A DNA stretch of 63,452 nt, counting the filler, from Platydemus manokwari (taxonomy: Eukaryota): NCBI GenBank assembly GCA_037951405.1. It is 6 parts of 6 records of this genome, joined end to end, with 100 filler letters (N's around TTAATTAATTAA, not from the genome) between each part and the next. Parts side by side here need not be neighbours in the genome. Positions count along the whole stretch, not along the records: positions 31,018 to 43,435 come from JBBMOY010145566.1; positions 43,536 to 53,377 come from JBBMOY011197987.1; 4 more parts are not named here. One strand, 5' to 3'. Made by a program: the position numbers and the translations under genes. The notes under the pieces are model-generated. The model had not been told where the DNA came from, did no database searches, and worked only from the letters and a program-made list of their open reading frames with translations. Shown here piece by piece: positions 39,601 through 53,477 of this stretch; within the stretch, counting starts at the first letter, position 1; every line of letters starts with the position of its first letter.

Positions 39601-42060
39601 ACGATACGGTTAAAGAAGTGAGCTGTTAATGTTACTAAGTTCAATAAATTGAAAAATAGATAAATATGATTTCATTTTTGACCTTTGAGCTTTAAACGAT
39701 ATAATTAATAGCGAGGGTTAATTCGATCTCACGATGTCAATTATTGATTTTATATAATTTATATACACTTGTTTCTCTTTAAATTTATTGATTTTCCATT
39801 GTGTACATATGTGATACTCAGTATCGTATTCTGTTCATGCAGTCATCTGCTGAATGAGTGATTTAACGTCATGAGTCGAGCGAAAAATTGATTAAATGAT
39901 CATGAAGATATTTGAAATAACCATGGTGATATCATAGGGATTGTTGATTATTCTGATAGATTTGAGGAAAGTAGTTCGTGGAACTTGTTTCTAATCGAAT
40001 GATTATTGTCACTTTAATAAATCAATTTTGATTGATAATCGTTTAATTTAATCATTAAAAATTTATATTTCCTATAAATTATTGCTGTGAAATTGAATCA
40101 TTTTAATAAAATCTTTTATAGAATTGTTCCTACAATAATAAATTATTATTTAGGTCTCAGTACGACAAAATCTTAATAAATAAGCAGAATAATAATATAC
40201 TCACTTGAAAATTAAGATGATAATTTTTAATATTATAAAATATTGATTATAAAATTAATAATTATCGGATTAAATATATTTATATTACTTATTTGATTAT
40301 AAAATTATTATTTAGAATTGTAAAAATGCATTGAATGCTGGGTTCAATTATTTTAAAATAAAAGTTGGAGTCGATGTAGAATCGGATAAAAATAGAATGA
40401 AATTGATTCGAGATATGATTGGACCAAATGGATTATTGGTAAATTTTGTTTAATAAATTTATAATTGAATTTTATTTTAATAATAATGATTATTATAATT
40501 ATTAATAAATAATAAAATTATAGATGACTGATGCTAATCAAAAGTGGTCTGTCCAAGAATCAATTAACTGGATGAAGCAACTTATTGAGTATAAGCCATT
40601 TTGGATAGAAGAGCCAACTAGTTGTGATGACATTCTCGGCCATGCTGCTATTTCGGAAGCATTGAAAATATACAACATTAAAGTCGCTACAGGCGAACAT
40701 TGTCACAATAGAGTTATGTTTAAGCAATTTTTGCAATCTGGTGGTATGAATATTTGCCAGATTGATTCTTGTCGGTTGGGTGGCCCAAATGAAGTGATTC
40801 TTGTTCTGTTAATGGCTGCAGAAGCTGGTGGTAAATTTTATTAATAATTTATCACTGATATAACTAGTTATATTGGTCACACCATGATGATATCACTGTA
40901 GATAATTACAGTTGTTAGGAGAAATATTCTGATATAAAACCAATCAATTCATAACAACCAGTAACGAAAATCAAATAATGAAATTGACTGAAATTGATGC
41001 GGGTTGGAATCAATGATGGATTCTAATATTGATTCAAGATCATGTCAGATACTGATGAGTAGAACAAATTATGAAGCAAATACTATTGACCATAAGATGT
41101 TTTAGCTTTATCTGAAAACCAGTTTACTTAAATAGCAATCAATAATAAAAAATTTCAATTAATTATTAAAATAAAAAGTAATAATAATATTATCAATGTA
41201 AACTGTTATTTTTATGTAAAACTAGAAGTCAACTGTAAACCCATGAAATCGAAATTATTTATTTAGGAACAATTATTTAAACAAATTAAAATCTTTTATA
41301 TAAAACCATTTAAATTGACATCCCCTTTTTAAATGTTTGATATTCTATGTATTCCTAATTATCTCTGTGATGAATTCTTTACATATTTATCTAAATGAAA
41401 ATTTCTGTTTCTTATCTCTAAATCTTCGTTATTTTCTTTATATTTATTTCTCTATACTCCTATGCCATGGATCTTTTCAGAATCGAATCCAAAATTGCGG
41501 TTGCCATGTAGGATGATACTTTCATGAAAGAACCAGCAATTGAAATCAACTGAAATGTCACGATATTCAAATTATCTATTTAAATACAATTATTTAAACA
41601 AATGAATATCTTTTGATTTTAATTTATAAAACATTTTCTAATTATGATTTTTAAATTCTCACAATCAATAAAAAATAAATCGATCATATTCAGTTCCTAT
41701 TTGTCCCCATGCTGGCGGCGTTGGTCTCTGTGAAGCAGTTCAACATTATTCATTTATTGATTATATTATGATCACGGGAACAATGGAACATCGGTTAACA
41801 TAGCTTATTATTTAATGCATTCACGATATTTATTTAAGAATGATTGAGTTCGCAGACCATCTTCACGAGCAATACGAAACTCCAGTAATTGTTAAAAATG
41901 GCAGATATCAAGTTCCTATGGTTAATTTTCTGTAAACAAAAATCATTTCCATTGATACTTTTATTAGACTCCTGGATTCGGAACGAAATTGATTGAAAAA
42001 TCGATTGAGGACTTCACTTATCCAACAGGTAAAGTGTGGAGAGAATTGCTAGGCGATTAA
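36678..42060 (+). CDS. ENOSF1: Mitochondrial enolase superfamily member 1 (rTS-beta / L-fuconate dehydratase), complete, 13 exons, 438 aa
   Basis: Exons 36678-36761, 36810-36912, 37909-38024, 38071-38157, 38805-38831, 38879-38919, 39423-39493, 39535-39617, 40316-40438, 40524-40830, 41694-41793, 41839-41920, 41968-42060 total 1317 nt, all GT-AG and in frame. Motifs: DIRYPT...[46 protein letters not shown] (KxK), [59 protein letters not shown]. Confidence 0.95.
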
Positions 42061-43361
42061 AATTGAATGGTGTGTTATAATGGACGTTTAGCATTGAACG
42101 ATTCTTCAATTTTATATTAGAATTTAGGCAAGAGTTTCATAATAATCATTTTAATTAATGTTTATAAAGACGTTTATATATAGCAAAATATTAAAATTGA
42201 ATCTGTATTTTATAATGAGAATTTCTAATATTTTTAAATTTAACTGAGAGTGGGATCTGCAAAAATTGGAAGACTTTATTTGATCATATTTATGTTTAAT
42301 CCAACCAAATGAAAGTTATCAAAATCGGGCACATGTACAAGCTATAAACGAAAGAATCTCTCATCAACAAAAATAATTTATATTTTGAAATAAATACGCG
42401 AGTAGATTTTATAAAGATAATTGTATGATAAAAATATTATATAAAATCATACATTAAGTAGCAAAAAGCAGTTTTGTACACTGATATTCCTATTACCTTC
42501 GATGATTATATTGAATTAAGTGGTAGTCGACTAGAAATTTTGATTAGCAATGACAATCAGTACATACATTATTAGCGTTGAAATCAATCAAAAATGTGAT
42601 AACACAAAATTGAAATCGACAAATATTCGCCAACTCGCTTATTGAAAACTTCAAAAATTACAATCAATCAAATTATATAGTTGTTACACATGAAAACTAA
42701 TATTTTCAAAATATAATCAAACTTGACACCAATTCCATTAAATTTTATATCTGTTATAGAGTTGATCATATTGTAAATACAACGTAAACATGTTAGAGTC
42801 GTATGGAAACATACATCAAAGTTCAAGGGTCAATTGATTAATAAACTCGTCAAAAGCTCCTACATTTTTACTAAAATACATTATAATGATACAATCTTTT
42901 ATCATTTATATACCTCTATCTTTAACTATGAATTTCAGTAGTTCATTTTTTTGTTTTGTTAAAATATTACTTTAATTTGTCTCATTAATGCCAAAACGTC
43001 GATGTGGCAGTGTTCCTCAAAATATATAAATCGTAAATGAATTGGTTGAAGTTAAAGTTGGTCTTGTGACTCTAGTAATTAATTACAAAATCTTGTGGCT
43101 GTTTTAAGCATCGCTTAAATCTCCCTACTACACAAGGTGTTTGTATGATTTTACATACATACAATATGCGTAAGATGTTAACTTCGTTTTAGTAAATGAA
43201 GAGCTTCCTCTTCGTAGTTCCCCCAACTCCATTTTTTGTGATTGTGAGAATTTTAAGTTTAATTAAATTATATTAATTATTTATTTAATTTTATTTCAAC
43301 ACATAATTTGGTGTCGTATTTTCATTTCGTTTTTGATGTGTGTTTTATAAAGTAGTAGCTA

Positions 43362-43435
43362 TTAGGTTGTCCCATATGAAATGTCCGATTTTTATATATT
43401 GAACTTTAAATCAAAATTTTTTAAAAACTACTTAA
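43362..43435 (+). mobile_element. mariner transposon terminus, truncated by contig end
   Basis: TA|TTAGGTTGTCCCATATGAAATGTCCGATTTT resembles TTAGGT....CATATGAAAT-type mariner TIRs. Confidence 0.7.
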
Positions 43436-43535
43436 NNNNNNNNNNNNNNNNNNNNNNNNNNNNNNNNNNNNNNNNNNNNTTAATTAATTAANNNNNNNNN
43501 NNNNNNNNNNNNNNNNNNNNNNNNNNNNNNNNNNN
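43436..43535. other. Artificial contig spacer
   Basis: N44-TTAATTAATTAA-N44. Confidence 0.97.
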
Positions 43536-46366
43536 GCGTGTGTGTGTGTCTTAGTTTTTGGAAAATAGAGTAACAGATAGTCATTACTCATAGTCATTAG
43601 CTCAATGCGAAATTTTTCAAATATTGAAAGTCGAGAAACAGATTGGTGTCGCAAAATACATTATCTCATAACAGGGAATAATTATTTCAGATGCTATTAC
43701 ATTTTAGAGCCCAAGTAATGAAAATAAATCAAATTGAAAATAACATCAATGTGAACCAAATCGCTTTAAAAATAAATAATTCTAAGAAGGTGCTTTAGTT
43801 TTAGAAACATATTCCTTTTTGATCAACTAATGGATGGATTAGAATTTAATTAAAGAAATTAGTTTTTTTTGTTAATTTCTTAATTAATAAAGAAACAGGA
43901 ATCCGCATTCATTTCAGAACACTATATTGCAAAAACAAATCATTTAGTTAATCCAACATTAATCCGTATTAGATTTATCTACTTTATGCCTTTAAATATT
44001 CTTGACTGACATTTTTATTTATTTGCAATTCAAGCTTGTGTTTTGTTTTCCAAAATTCTACTCTTCAAACGGTAATTATTCTACAAAATTAAATTTTATC
44101 AAAAAACAACGTAGTATTTTATAAGATTAAATCATGTAACGTATCGTGCATGAACTTTACTTATTTTCTATTCAACATAAACTTGCCAATATTATTTGAA
44201 TCGAATTTCATACATATTGCATATCAAAGAATGACAAAAAAGTCTTTGAAAAAAGCATTTAATTTATAAAATTTAGACCTAAAAATATGTGAGTAGCAAA
44301 GTTGATATGAAAAATTTTAAGGACCAGAAAAGATACAGCCAAGAAACATGATAAATCTATTTCCTTTATAAATACTGATGGCAGATCGATGGAAATATCT
44401 GGGAAATAAATGATTTGAAGTCACCATGACACTATATTTGTACAAATAACAGGATAATTCTCCAAACCACTCTGGTAGTTATTCATTAATTCCTTGACAC
44501 AATAAGACTGTTCTTGTTATCAATCATATGTGATCATAAGTAGTTTCGATATGGTCTCTATTGGAAATGGCTTTTGTAAACTATCTGATAAAAGTATAAT
44601 CTTTGATAATTTTATTTATTTTATCATTAAAGTTGATGTAATGGTTATTAAAAATAATAAGAAATCTATTCAATAAAATTTATATTTTATTTTAGTTTAT
44701 AATCACACCACTGAAAGTTTACTGCATGAGATTGATAAATAACTTGTTAATTTTGTAATTAAAGAACATTTATGATGAAATTCAACTTTATTTCTTATGA
44801 ATAACTCATATCTCAACATTTGTAATTATTTCGTTCAGTAGCTATGGTAACTTCCGAATACAATTGCTTAGATTTCACCTTTTCATTTACTAATTTGTTT
44901 TTAATATATTTTGAGTACTGACATCATTATATGTAAAATATTGGTAATTTGTTGTTCATTACTTGGTGCATTACTGTATCTTAGAAAATATCATATCACC
45001 GTAGCTTTAAATTGCATTGCTTATTATTCTGTCATAATTTTACTGTTAGTGCAGAAGAATTGTTGCTATTCTTACCTAACTAATTCCAATAGAATTTAAT
45101 TTAATTTTATAATAAATTTAATGAATAATTTCGTTTTATTCACATTTAATAAGTACAAATTCTCATATAATTTACGAGGTATACAATTTATAAGTACTCA
45201 GTTTTACTCAATATTATGTTTGCTAATGGCTGACAAAATGTTTTCGTTTGAATGTATTTTACCTTAATTTTATTTATGCTTTTTGTAACGGCTTATATTT
45301 GTGTTAATATACGACTTCTATTTGAAGTCGTTTAAAACCATATTACCGTTAAATGTTTTTGACACATTTACCTGAACATTTTACAGTAAATATTAACTTC
45401 ATTGAACGTAATCATTCCATATCCCAATGAAATATTAAAAAAATATTCGAGGTTTCTATCACACTATTCCGACTACAGGTTTTTTCTTATTATCTGATTG
45501 TTTCAAGTAACGTTAACCAAGTAGATAATAAAATATAGTTATAAAATCTCACGAAATGGTTGCCTATTTATATGCTTCATATGTTTAATAAAAATTAATA
45601 TTAAAAAATGAAACTCTTTTTTTTTCCGAAAATATCAATAATTCTGAAAATACAGAGAATTATAAAAAAAGGAATTTTCATTTGCTATAGGTTTAGTGTC
45701 TTTTAATTTCTTCATTTTTTGATTTAAAACTTTTAAAAATTTGGGTGTGATCCAAAAATTTGATCAATTAAGTTTTATTTATAATTTTTTTCAAAATGTT
45801 TTCTTTTAATTTATATTTCAAATTCATTAACTACATTTTAAGCCAGGTCAAATTACAATAACAAAATACATTTTAACAATTTATTAAATCAAGTTCAATA
45901 CACGCATCAATTAAAATAAAGCATGACCTCACATCTGTTCTCGGAAAACACAAAATTATGTAATACAAATAAGTATATATGAATTAATCAAAGCTGAACA
46001 TTTAGAGTGAGTCTAAGAAACGATATAAATCTGATGTTCAACCGCATTCATTTCGTAATATCTGAAAATTATATTGCACCAAAATTTTCACCATTTTAAG
46101 CATTAAATTTAAAATATGAAGATTTTGAATTTAAGTCACAAAGTGAATATATATTATCAATTTATTACAATTGTTACTTCTTTACAGTATCAAAACATGA
46201 TTCCATTAAGTCAATTTCATAAAATATTTCATACATAATATTTACTCACTAACACATATAAAGCATACAGATCACCCTTCTTGACGAAACATAAATTGAA
46301 GAATACTCGAAGAAGACATTAAATCAATGAAAACTTAAATATTGATTAAGTCTTAGAAAATTTTTA

Positions 46367-47308
46367 TTAATGAGGTACAATAACATTTATTTGATTTTTT
46401 CTGCAAAGTAATTTACTCCAAAATTCCTGCCAAGTCTTATGAAAGCTTCTAAGCATCAAATTTAAAACTATTGGGTTTGTAATGTTGGATAATGATTCTA
46501 TAAATATCATCAATTTATCAACATTATCATTTCTTCGGAAACATATTACTTCAAAAGAATGTAAAGAGAATGACAATTTCTGGAATCCATGAGTGAGTAT
46601 CATCACAATAAATATAATGATGGTAGCGATTGTATGTCTAATTTCTGACTTTTTTAGTAGTAAATCACCGTTAGTGCTTCTATTGTTTCGCATTTGTAAT
46701 TGAATAATAAAGAACGTACAAATCAATAATATCGATGGAATCAAAAGCGTATAACTAATAACTAGACTGGAGAAAAACTTTAAATAAATTGAGAAAAATT
46801 GATTAGGTTCTCGAAACCGATTAGTGCATGTACCGTTAGTAATATACCAAAAGTAAAAATTTGGACTACTTATTAATAATGGTATAATTATTAATAAAAC
46901 ATAGTATAATTTTAATCGAAATTTCATTTTCGACTTATAATACACTGGCCACTTAACAGCTATCAATCGCTCTACAAAATTACATATTAAATTACAGGTG
47001 GAAATATTCATTGTTGTCCATAGAAGAAAATTAGTATTCCAGATATAACATAGCACTGTATTAATTACAGGAACATTAGAACTCAAATAATTTAAATTCA
47101 ACGCAAATAGAACAAATAAAACTGCAATGAAATCAACTACAAATTGATTCCGCAGAATATGAGTGGATAGAATTGACTTCAATTTAATGTTGCGCATGAG
47201 AATCACAATAATACATGAAAGAGTATAAATTAGAGATAACGCAATGATAATATTATAAAGTGTAGGTAAAAACATATTTACCTGTTGGGGAAATATCGAA
47301 TTACACAT
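46367..47308 (-). CDS. Intronless 7-TM rhodopsin-like (class A) orphan GPCR, 313 aa
   Basis: A 942-nt uninterrupted ORF in very AT-rich DNA with seven hydrophobic segments. It has a TM3-start Cys (VLCYIW), a DRY-equivalent ERLIAVKWPVYYK, an ECL2 Cys (NGTCT), a TM5 Pro (LLIPS) and TM7 NPIVL. Confidence 0.9.
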   Translation of the reverse strand: MCNSIFPQQVNMFLPTLYNIIIALSLIYTLSCIIVILMRNIKLKSILSTHILRNQFVVDFIAVLFVLFALNLNYLSSNVPVINTVLCYIWNTNFLLWTTMNISTCNLICNFVERLIAVKWPVYYKSKMKFRLKLYYVLLIIIPLLISSPNFYFWYITNGTCTNRFREPNQFFSIYLKFFSSLVISYTLLIPSILLICTFFIIQLQMRNNRSTNGDLLLKKSEIRHTIATIIIFIVMILTHGFQKLSFSLHSFEVICFRRNDNVDKLMIFIESLSNITNPIVLNLMLRSFHKTWQEFWSKLLCRKNQINVIVPH

Positions 47309-48049
47309 TAATTATTCGTTTATTCATTAAGAGATTTCGAATAGACTTTAAACTTATTGATAAAATTAACGTATCAAAATATATCTCACATCTCATTCGT
47401 TGTATGAATTAGTTATAATTTTGTTTTTTTAATTTAAAATGAATCTTTTATATCTGATCGAATTATAGTGAGTCATCTGGTTTAATGGGCTTAATCTCTT
47501 TTTATACAAATTTTAATTATCTTTTTATCTTTTATTTATTCTGGAAACAACTAAAATGCTTACATATAACTTTTCTTTTCTATTATATATAATTTTATAG
47601 AATTGAAAAAGTGTATTAAGATTATTTTCTGATAGATTTATACGTTTTTCAAGTTTACCAATTCATCGCATACTTCGTAGATGATGGAGATACAGGTCAT
47701 AGTATTCATTTCAGCTATTCTTGTCTTCTTACTAAACGTCTTAATTTGCATATTCCTCTAAATTTAACGCTGTGAATGAATATTTTTGAATGACTTTAAA
47801 AAATTAAACCTCAAAAAACTTTCTCGTTTGTGGTGACCAATGTGAGCACAAAAAATGCAGATTCTTTAACGGTTTCAATTTTCTGTTTTAAAGATAAATA
47901 TTATTTATTTATCGAGTTTAATGGTCTTAGAAAAAAATATCTTTAATTGCGAGAGATTAAGTAATATTTAAAAATTAAATTTGGTTACAGTTTTTTCTAG
48001 AGGCTCCTTTCAAATATTACTATTTTGGGGTAAAGGTACTTTCTTGTAA

Positions 48050-51000
48050 TTGTATACACTAGTATTTATAAACTACTTTTCAGACAAGACAGATTTTTAT
48101 TTGTGCTGCATCATCACACCAGAAACTAAGACTTGACGTACATAAATTGTAATTGCTTGGATTCTCTGCAATATTTTTCAAGAGTCAAATATCCAATCTA
48201 ATATATTTTCATCTTCATAAATATTTAATAAAATGTTTCTTACTTAACTTTAGAAAAAACGCCATTCAATTCCATTAAAATTTATTGTTTTGAAAATCAG
48301 ACTTTACACAAAATATTAAAAAAATTGAATATCTAAGACTTATCTTTACCTTTTGAAACACTTAATTTTTCGAGTTATTGTCTGCCTTTATAAATCAAAA
48401 CGCACCTGATGTGGACATTCAAATTTCAAAATTCTTTGAGTACCTTCATAACTATCAGCGTATTTCTTTATCTTGTGTATTTCTTTCTTCGTGGAGACTT
48501 CTTGTTCAACCGCAAAATTCGAATACCTTTTTGTAGTATTAAATTTTCTTTGCTTTCTGTTTAATGATTTTCATTTAATATTCGGTTTATTTGATAAATC
48601 AGTTGTGGTTTGCTTTAGTTAATTGTAACACATAGATATTAATTTATCGTCCTACTAAAATTTAGAAATGGGATTGTCAAACTGAGATTTGATATCATGC
48701 ATTGATGATAAATTCTACCAGAGATATTAATTTGGTAACATGGTCGTAACTATAATGTCTTGGTCCGATATAATCATCCTTTTGGCCAAGTCATTTGCTT
48801 GGTATTGTTGTGGAGAGTAAATTATTACTTTTTCCTCCAAAGGTATTCGTTTTACTTTCATTTTATTTCTCTCCCCAAACCTATAAATCTAATTATCGAT
48901 GAAAAACTTGAAATGATCATCTTGTCTTGTCAAATAAGTAGCATTAAACTTATTAGCTTCCTGATTCTATTTGTAATAATCAACAGATATATAATTTTAG
49001 TCATAAATTCTCTAAAATATTCAATATCAAAAACGGTCCTTTCGAAAAGGCCAAAACTCTTAACTTAGATTCTAAACCTCTTCAGTCCGACTAGTGTATA
49101 CCTTCTGTTTAGCACAAATATCACAATCCCGTACTTTGTGTTCAATTATTAGTGACAAATTTGATTAGAAGTCAAATAATCAATTTCTTATTACCACGTG
49201 GCATAATCTTCATGAAAGTATCTCCTTGGTTTCTGCGAATAAATATCTTACATTACAATTCGCTTCTTTCTAATTATACACCATAGTATCTTCAAACAAT
49301 TCGTATTTCTCTAAACTGTTAAAATATTTGCTTTTTTTATTTATTGAATTGACTGCTGCTTCCGTTTTATTTAACCGTTTCTGAACATAACCACTGATAT
49401 GATCTTCTTTTTGAATCTTCCTTGTTTTGTTAGTAATTTTGAAGCAGTGTGAACAAAATGATTCGCCAAATCTTGAGATCATCAACATTTTCATTATCTG
49501 ATTCTTTCCGATATTGAAAATTAAAATTGAATCCGGATAATTTTGAAAGCCATATTTGAAATTGAGTGCTTATTGGTTTGTCAGTTTTTTTCATGTACAT
49601 CAATACCTTGTAATCAGTGAGAGTAGTAAATGTCTTTTCCTGTAGACATTGCTTCAAATGCATAGTAAACTCATAGATTGTCAAAAAAAATTTCATTCTG
49701 ACACACAAACTTTTTGACTGCCTGGATTTCTGAAATTTAAGCAATGCGGTACATAATCCAAAACAATTTCTATTCAAACAGAACTGGTTGAAACTTTAAA
49801 ATCTTACTCATGTTTGACCTGGTAGTATTTTGGCTTTCTTCTACTATGGATAAGGCTGTTGCACTATATAACAAATCTTATATCTAGGACCAAAAAGGAT
49901 AACTTTTCAGTCTGTTCGTTTAATTTTCTGAAGTTTAAATACACTCTGATCGATTCATCTCTCATTTGATTCTTGTTTAATAGAGACTACTAATTTATTA
50001 CAGTATTAGTAATAAGTTCCCATTTTGTTCGGATCTTGAGCTGGATCAAATAGGTTAATCTCATCTCGTCCTAAAAATTAAGCCATGTTTTTGTAAACAT
50101 ATTTAATGAAAAATAATTATTATCAGCAATTAAGTCCCATTTTTATTCTGTCTTCTTCGGTGTATTTCTTACCTACGACTTTGTCATAAATTGTTTATAT
50201 TTCTGCTATAAGTACTCCACAAGTCTTCAACATATTAATTCCTCTGATTAATCTTATTTTTTCCACGTCGATCTCCTTTACTCGAATTCTAATCACTCTG
50301 ACTATTGAAATTCTTATTTTTCCTAGAGACGACTTACGAACATGCTAAAATAAACCAGAATTTTAAAATTAGAATTTTTTAGTTTTGCTTCACCAATCAG
50401 CCTCTACTTCCTCTCATTAATTATTGTTATTGATACATCATAATCCTATAACATTCCAATCTGTGTGCCGTTACAAGTACTCCATTGTCTACCATCCGCT
50501 TTCTGATACATTTGTCAGTGCTTTCTCTTTCTCTAGTCATCTTGGTTCTTTATTCAATCTTTAGTTGATGTGTGTCCTATTGAACCACCATCATTGACGA
50601 AATAGGCACAATAATGTCATTTTTTCTCTTCAATTGAGAGGGATCTAACACACTCATCTGTTTAATGTTTGGTTTGATCGTCCCATACATCATCGCCGTA
50701 ATGCATGCACAGAATTTACTTAAAAACTTATCAACCATGCTTTCTGGTCAAATGGCATCCTTTAAGCAAATGCGCTTCTTTTCTACATATTAAACATATT
50801 ATTCTGCAGTGGATATTTAAAGTTTCTGTGCTAAGATTACCACATCAAAAGCAAGCTTTCGGTTTTAAATATTCATTAAGTGGTGTGGCATTTCCTCTAA
50901 TATCCTTGTAGAATTTTGATTCAATCAACTTCATTAATCTTGTTGGCCTAGAATTGTTTGGAGATTGGGTTTGACTTTAAGTAAGAAGTCTCGTTCAGAA

Positions 51001-51400
51001 AGGTTTTCTTAAGTTACTTTCAAATAAAAACTAGGCCTATGTCTTCATAATGGCGTTTATTGGCTGCGTCAGAGTAAACCTCTGTAAATTGTCAGTCAAA
51101 TCTATCCTCCAAGTCTTTTCTATCGTTAGACATTGCAGATTTGTTTGTGAAAGACTCTTAATTTTATTCTATTTCGACATCGCAAAATAAGTAGTCTTGA
51201 AATTTCTTCAAGAATGTTTTCTTGTCAAAAAATCCTTCGCTAGCTATTATACCAGAGGTTCAAGACTGTGATACTTTTGATCTAGTCTTTAAGGCGTTTC
51301 TGTAAAACGTTTTTCTATCTTTTCATATGAGACAGTTTCTTTAAAACCATTGTATACTTGTCACTATAATATGGTTTGGCGTCATATCCCAACAGCGTGT
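48050..51400 (-). mobile_element. Heavily decayed Ty3/Gypsy LTR retrotransposon (RNase H followed by integrase; gag-like debris upstream)
   Basis: RNase H: HLKQCLQEKTFTTLTDYKVLMYMKKTDKPISTQFQIWLSKLSGFNFNFQYRKESDNENVD (49430-49777). The integrase Zn motif follows on the same strand: LCH (~49200) ... CDICAKQK (~49102-49125), then a degraded core (FERTVFDI). Many stops and frameshifts; outer limits approximate. Confidence 0.75.
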
Positions 51401-53377
51401 CAAATGTAAATGAAACTGTGAAATGATTTGTTGTGTGGAACTATTTTTCAGAATTTTGGATTGAAATATTTAAAAATATCTGTATATAATTTAATTTCAA
51501 AAAACCTTATAATCTCTTGATATTATGAAAAATTCTGCGTGGCATATTTTAATTTTTATAAGAAATCTCAGGAAATATTTATCGGTATCTTGGGTTTTCG
51601 TTAAGTGTTTTATTAATTGTATATTTGTAGTAATTAATTACAAGAGAAAATAGAAGCACATATTGGGTACAAAACCTACATAATTACTTAAAGCAGTAAT
51701 TTCATGGAAAATAATTTGTCCAATTCTTTTTAATTTGAAAATGGTTGAAAATATAAAATGGATTAATTAATTATTATAATTACTATAACATTATACGACA
51801 ATTTTCATTGGCAATGAAATTTTACTTTTATCGATTATAACTCAAATTTATCTAATATCGTTACAATATCGATCAAATATAAATAAAAATAAACATAAAA
51901 TTTATGAACACAATTTTTACAGATGTGTCATTGTTTGTGTATTTTTTGCTTTTAATTATTTGAGAAGTTGAGAATGACATGATAAAATTAATAATTAAAA
52001 TCTTAGAAATGCGAATTGTTTATTAAAAGCAAGAGCTATTTAACGTACTGCAAGGAATCCACGGTTGTAAAATAAACCAGCCTCATACTTATAATCTAGC
52101 TCATTAACCTTATTTCAAATGTTTAAATTATTACCTCCACTCATATCTACATCTTGTCCATAATTTAGCAGTCAAACCTTAATTTGCTTTCCTAATATTT
52201 TAAAGGAGCATTAATTTTGAAATTTTTTTTATCTATCTGAAGAAATGTTGAGTGAAAATAGGATAAAAATAAACACGCTTCAAAACATCACAGGTACATT
52301 ATTACATTTATCTCTAATAATTCATATCACTACAGAAACTTAGTTTATAGCAACGGAAACATATGGTCTATCCTGAACAGAAAACCATAGATTTAAAAAA
52401 GAGATAATATTAAAAATTCGTTACAAAACTTTTGTTTTTATGTTTCATGGCAAGTAGGCAGATCAAAAAGCTTTGATATTGATAACTTACATGATATCGA
52501 CAAAACTTGCAACACAACTTCAATATTAAATTTCTATTAAAATAATTTGATGACAGAGATATTAACCAATGATGTTAGTTATTTTAGTACATTATTATTT
52601 TATTTATTTAAACTTTTTTTATAATATCATTGTAACAAGTATAAATATTTTTTTATTTAAATGCCAGTTCTGCCGATCAATGTGTCTCAAATATTAATAA
52701 ATTGCTATGAAATCAATGCATCAAAATTTCTCGAGTCAACTAAAATGTATTCCGTCAATAGTGAAGATTATATATTTTATACATCATATTTTGATAATTA
52801 TTTAGAAGAAAATAATAATAATAGAATAAAAATTGTTTAATATTGATTTTCACATAATTAATCCTAACACAAATCAACTCATATTCGTATTGTCTTCACT
52901 ACTCATTAATTTTACAATACATTCCCTTGAATGAATTCATCTGTAATAGAATCGATATTACACTTGAACCTGATTCAATAACGGCATAAAAGTTCGTAGG
53001 AAAACCGTATTAGAACAAACATCTTCATGACGCGACATAATTTAGCTGCCAAGCTTTTTCATTTTATTGAAAACACCATCTTCTGCTAATAGAGATTTAA
53101 ACCAGTTGCGTGATTAGAGCAAGCCTAGCTTTTTGATAAAAATTTTTCCATTGAATAAGACCTGAAACACGTGATGGCCTCTCATTAAATATTTTTTAAT
53201 TAAAATTGATATTATTATTCTTGGCTTAATGCTTAATGACACTCAAATATTGATTTAAAAAATCAAATATCGATTTCAAGATTTATACATAATTTTTAAA
53301 TACAGTTTAGAATTTATAATTCTGCAAAAAACAGAAATGATTTGACACCATATATAAACGTGTTCCAATACTTACAG

Positions 53378-53477
53378 NNNNNNNNNNNNNNNNNNNNNNN
53401 NNNNNNNNNNNNNNNNNNNNNTTAATTAATTAANNNNNNNNNNNNNNNNNNNNNNNNNNNNNNNNNNNNNNNNNNNN
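53378..53477. other. Artificial contig spacer
   Basis: N44-TTAATTAATTAA-N44. Confidence 0.97.

Noticed and set aside
41050-41100. CTGATGA core suggesting a hammerhead ribozyme or C/D snoRNA (also at 4141 and 13212)
   Set aside because: No matching GAAA with pairing stems or terminal stem could be built by eye.
36678-42060. ENOSF1 as a recent bacterial horizontal transfer, or with an antisense thymidylate synthase overlap
   Set aside because: The gene has 12 spliceosomal introns and the family is widespread in animals. No TYMS-like exons were seen downstream on this contig.
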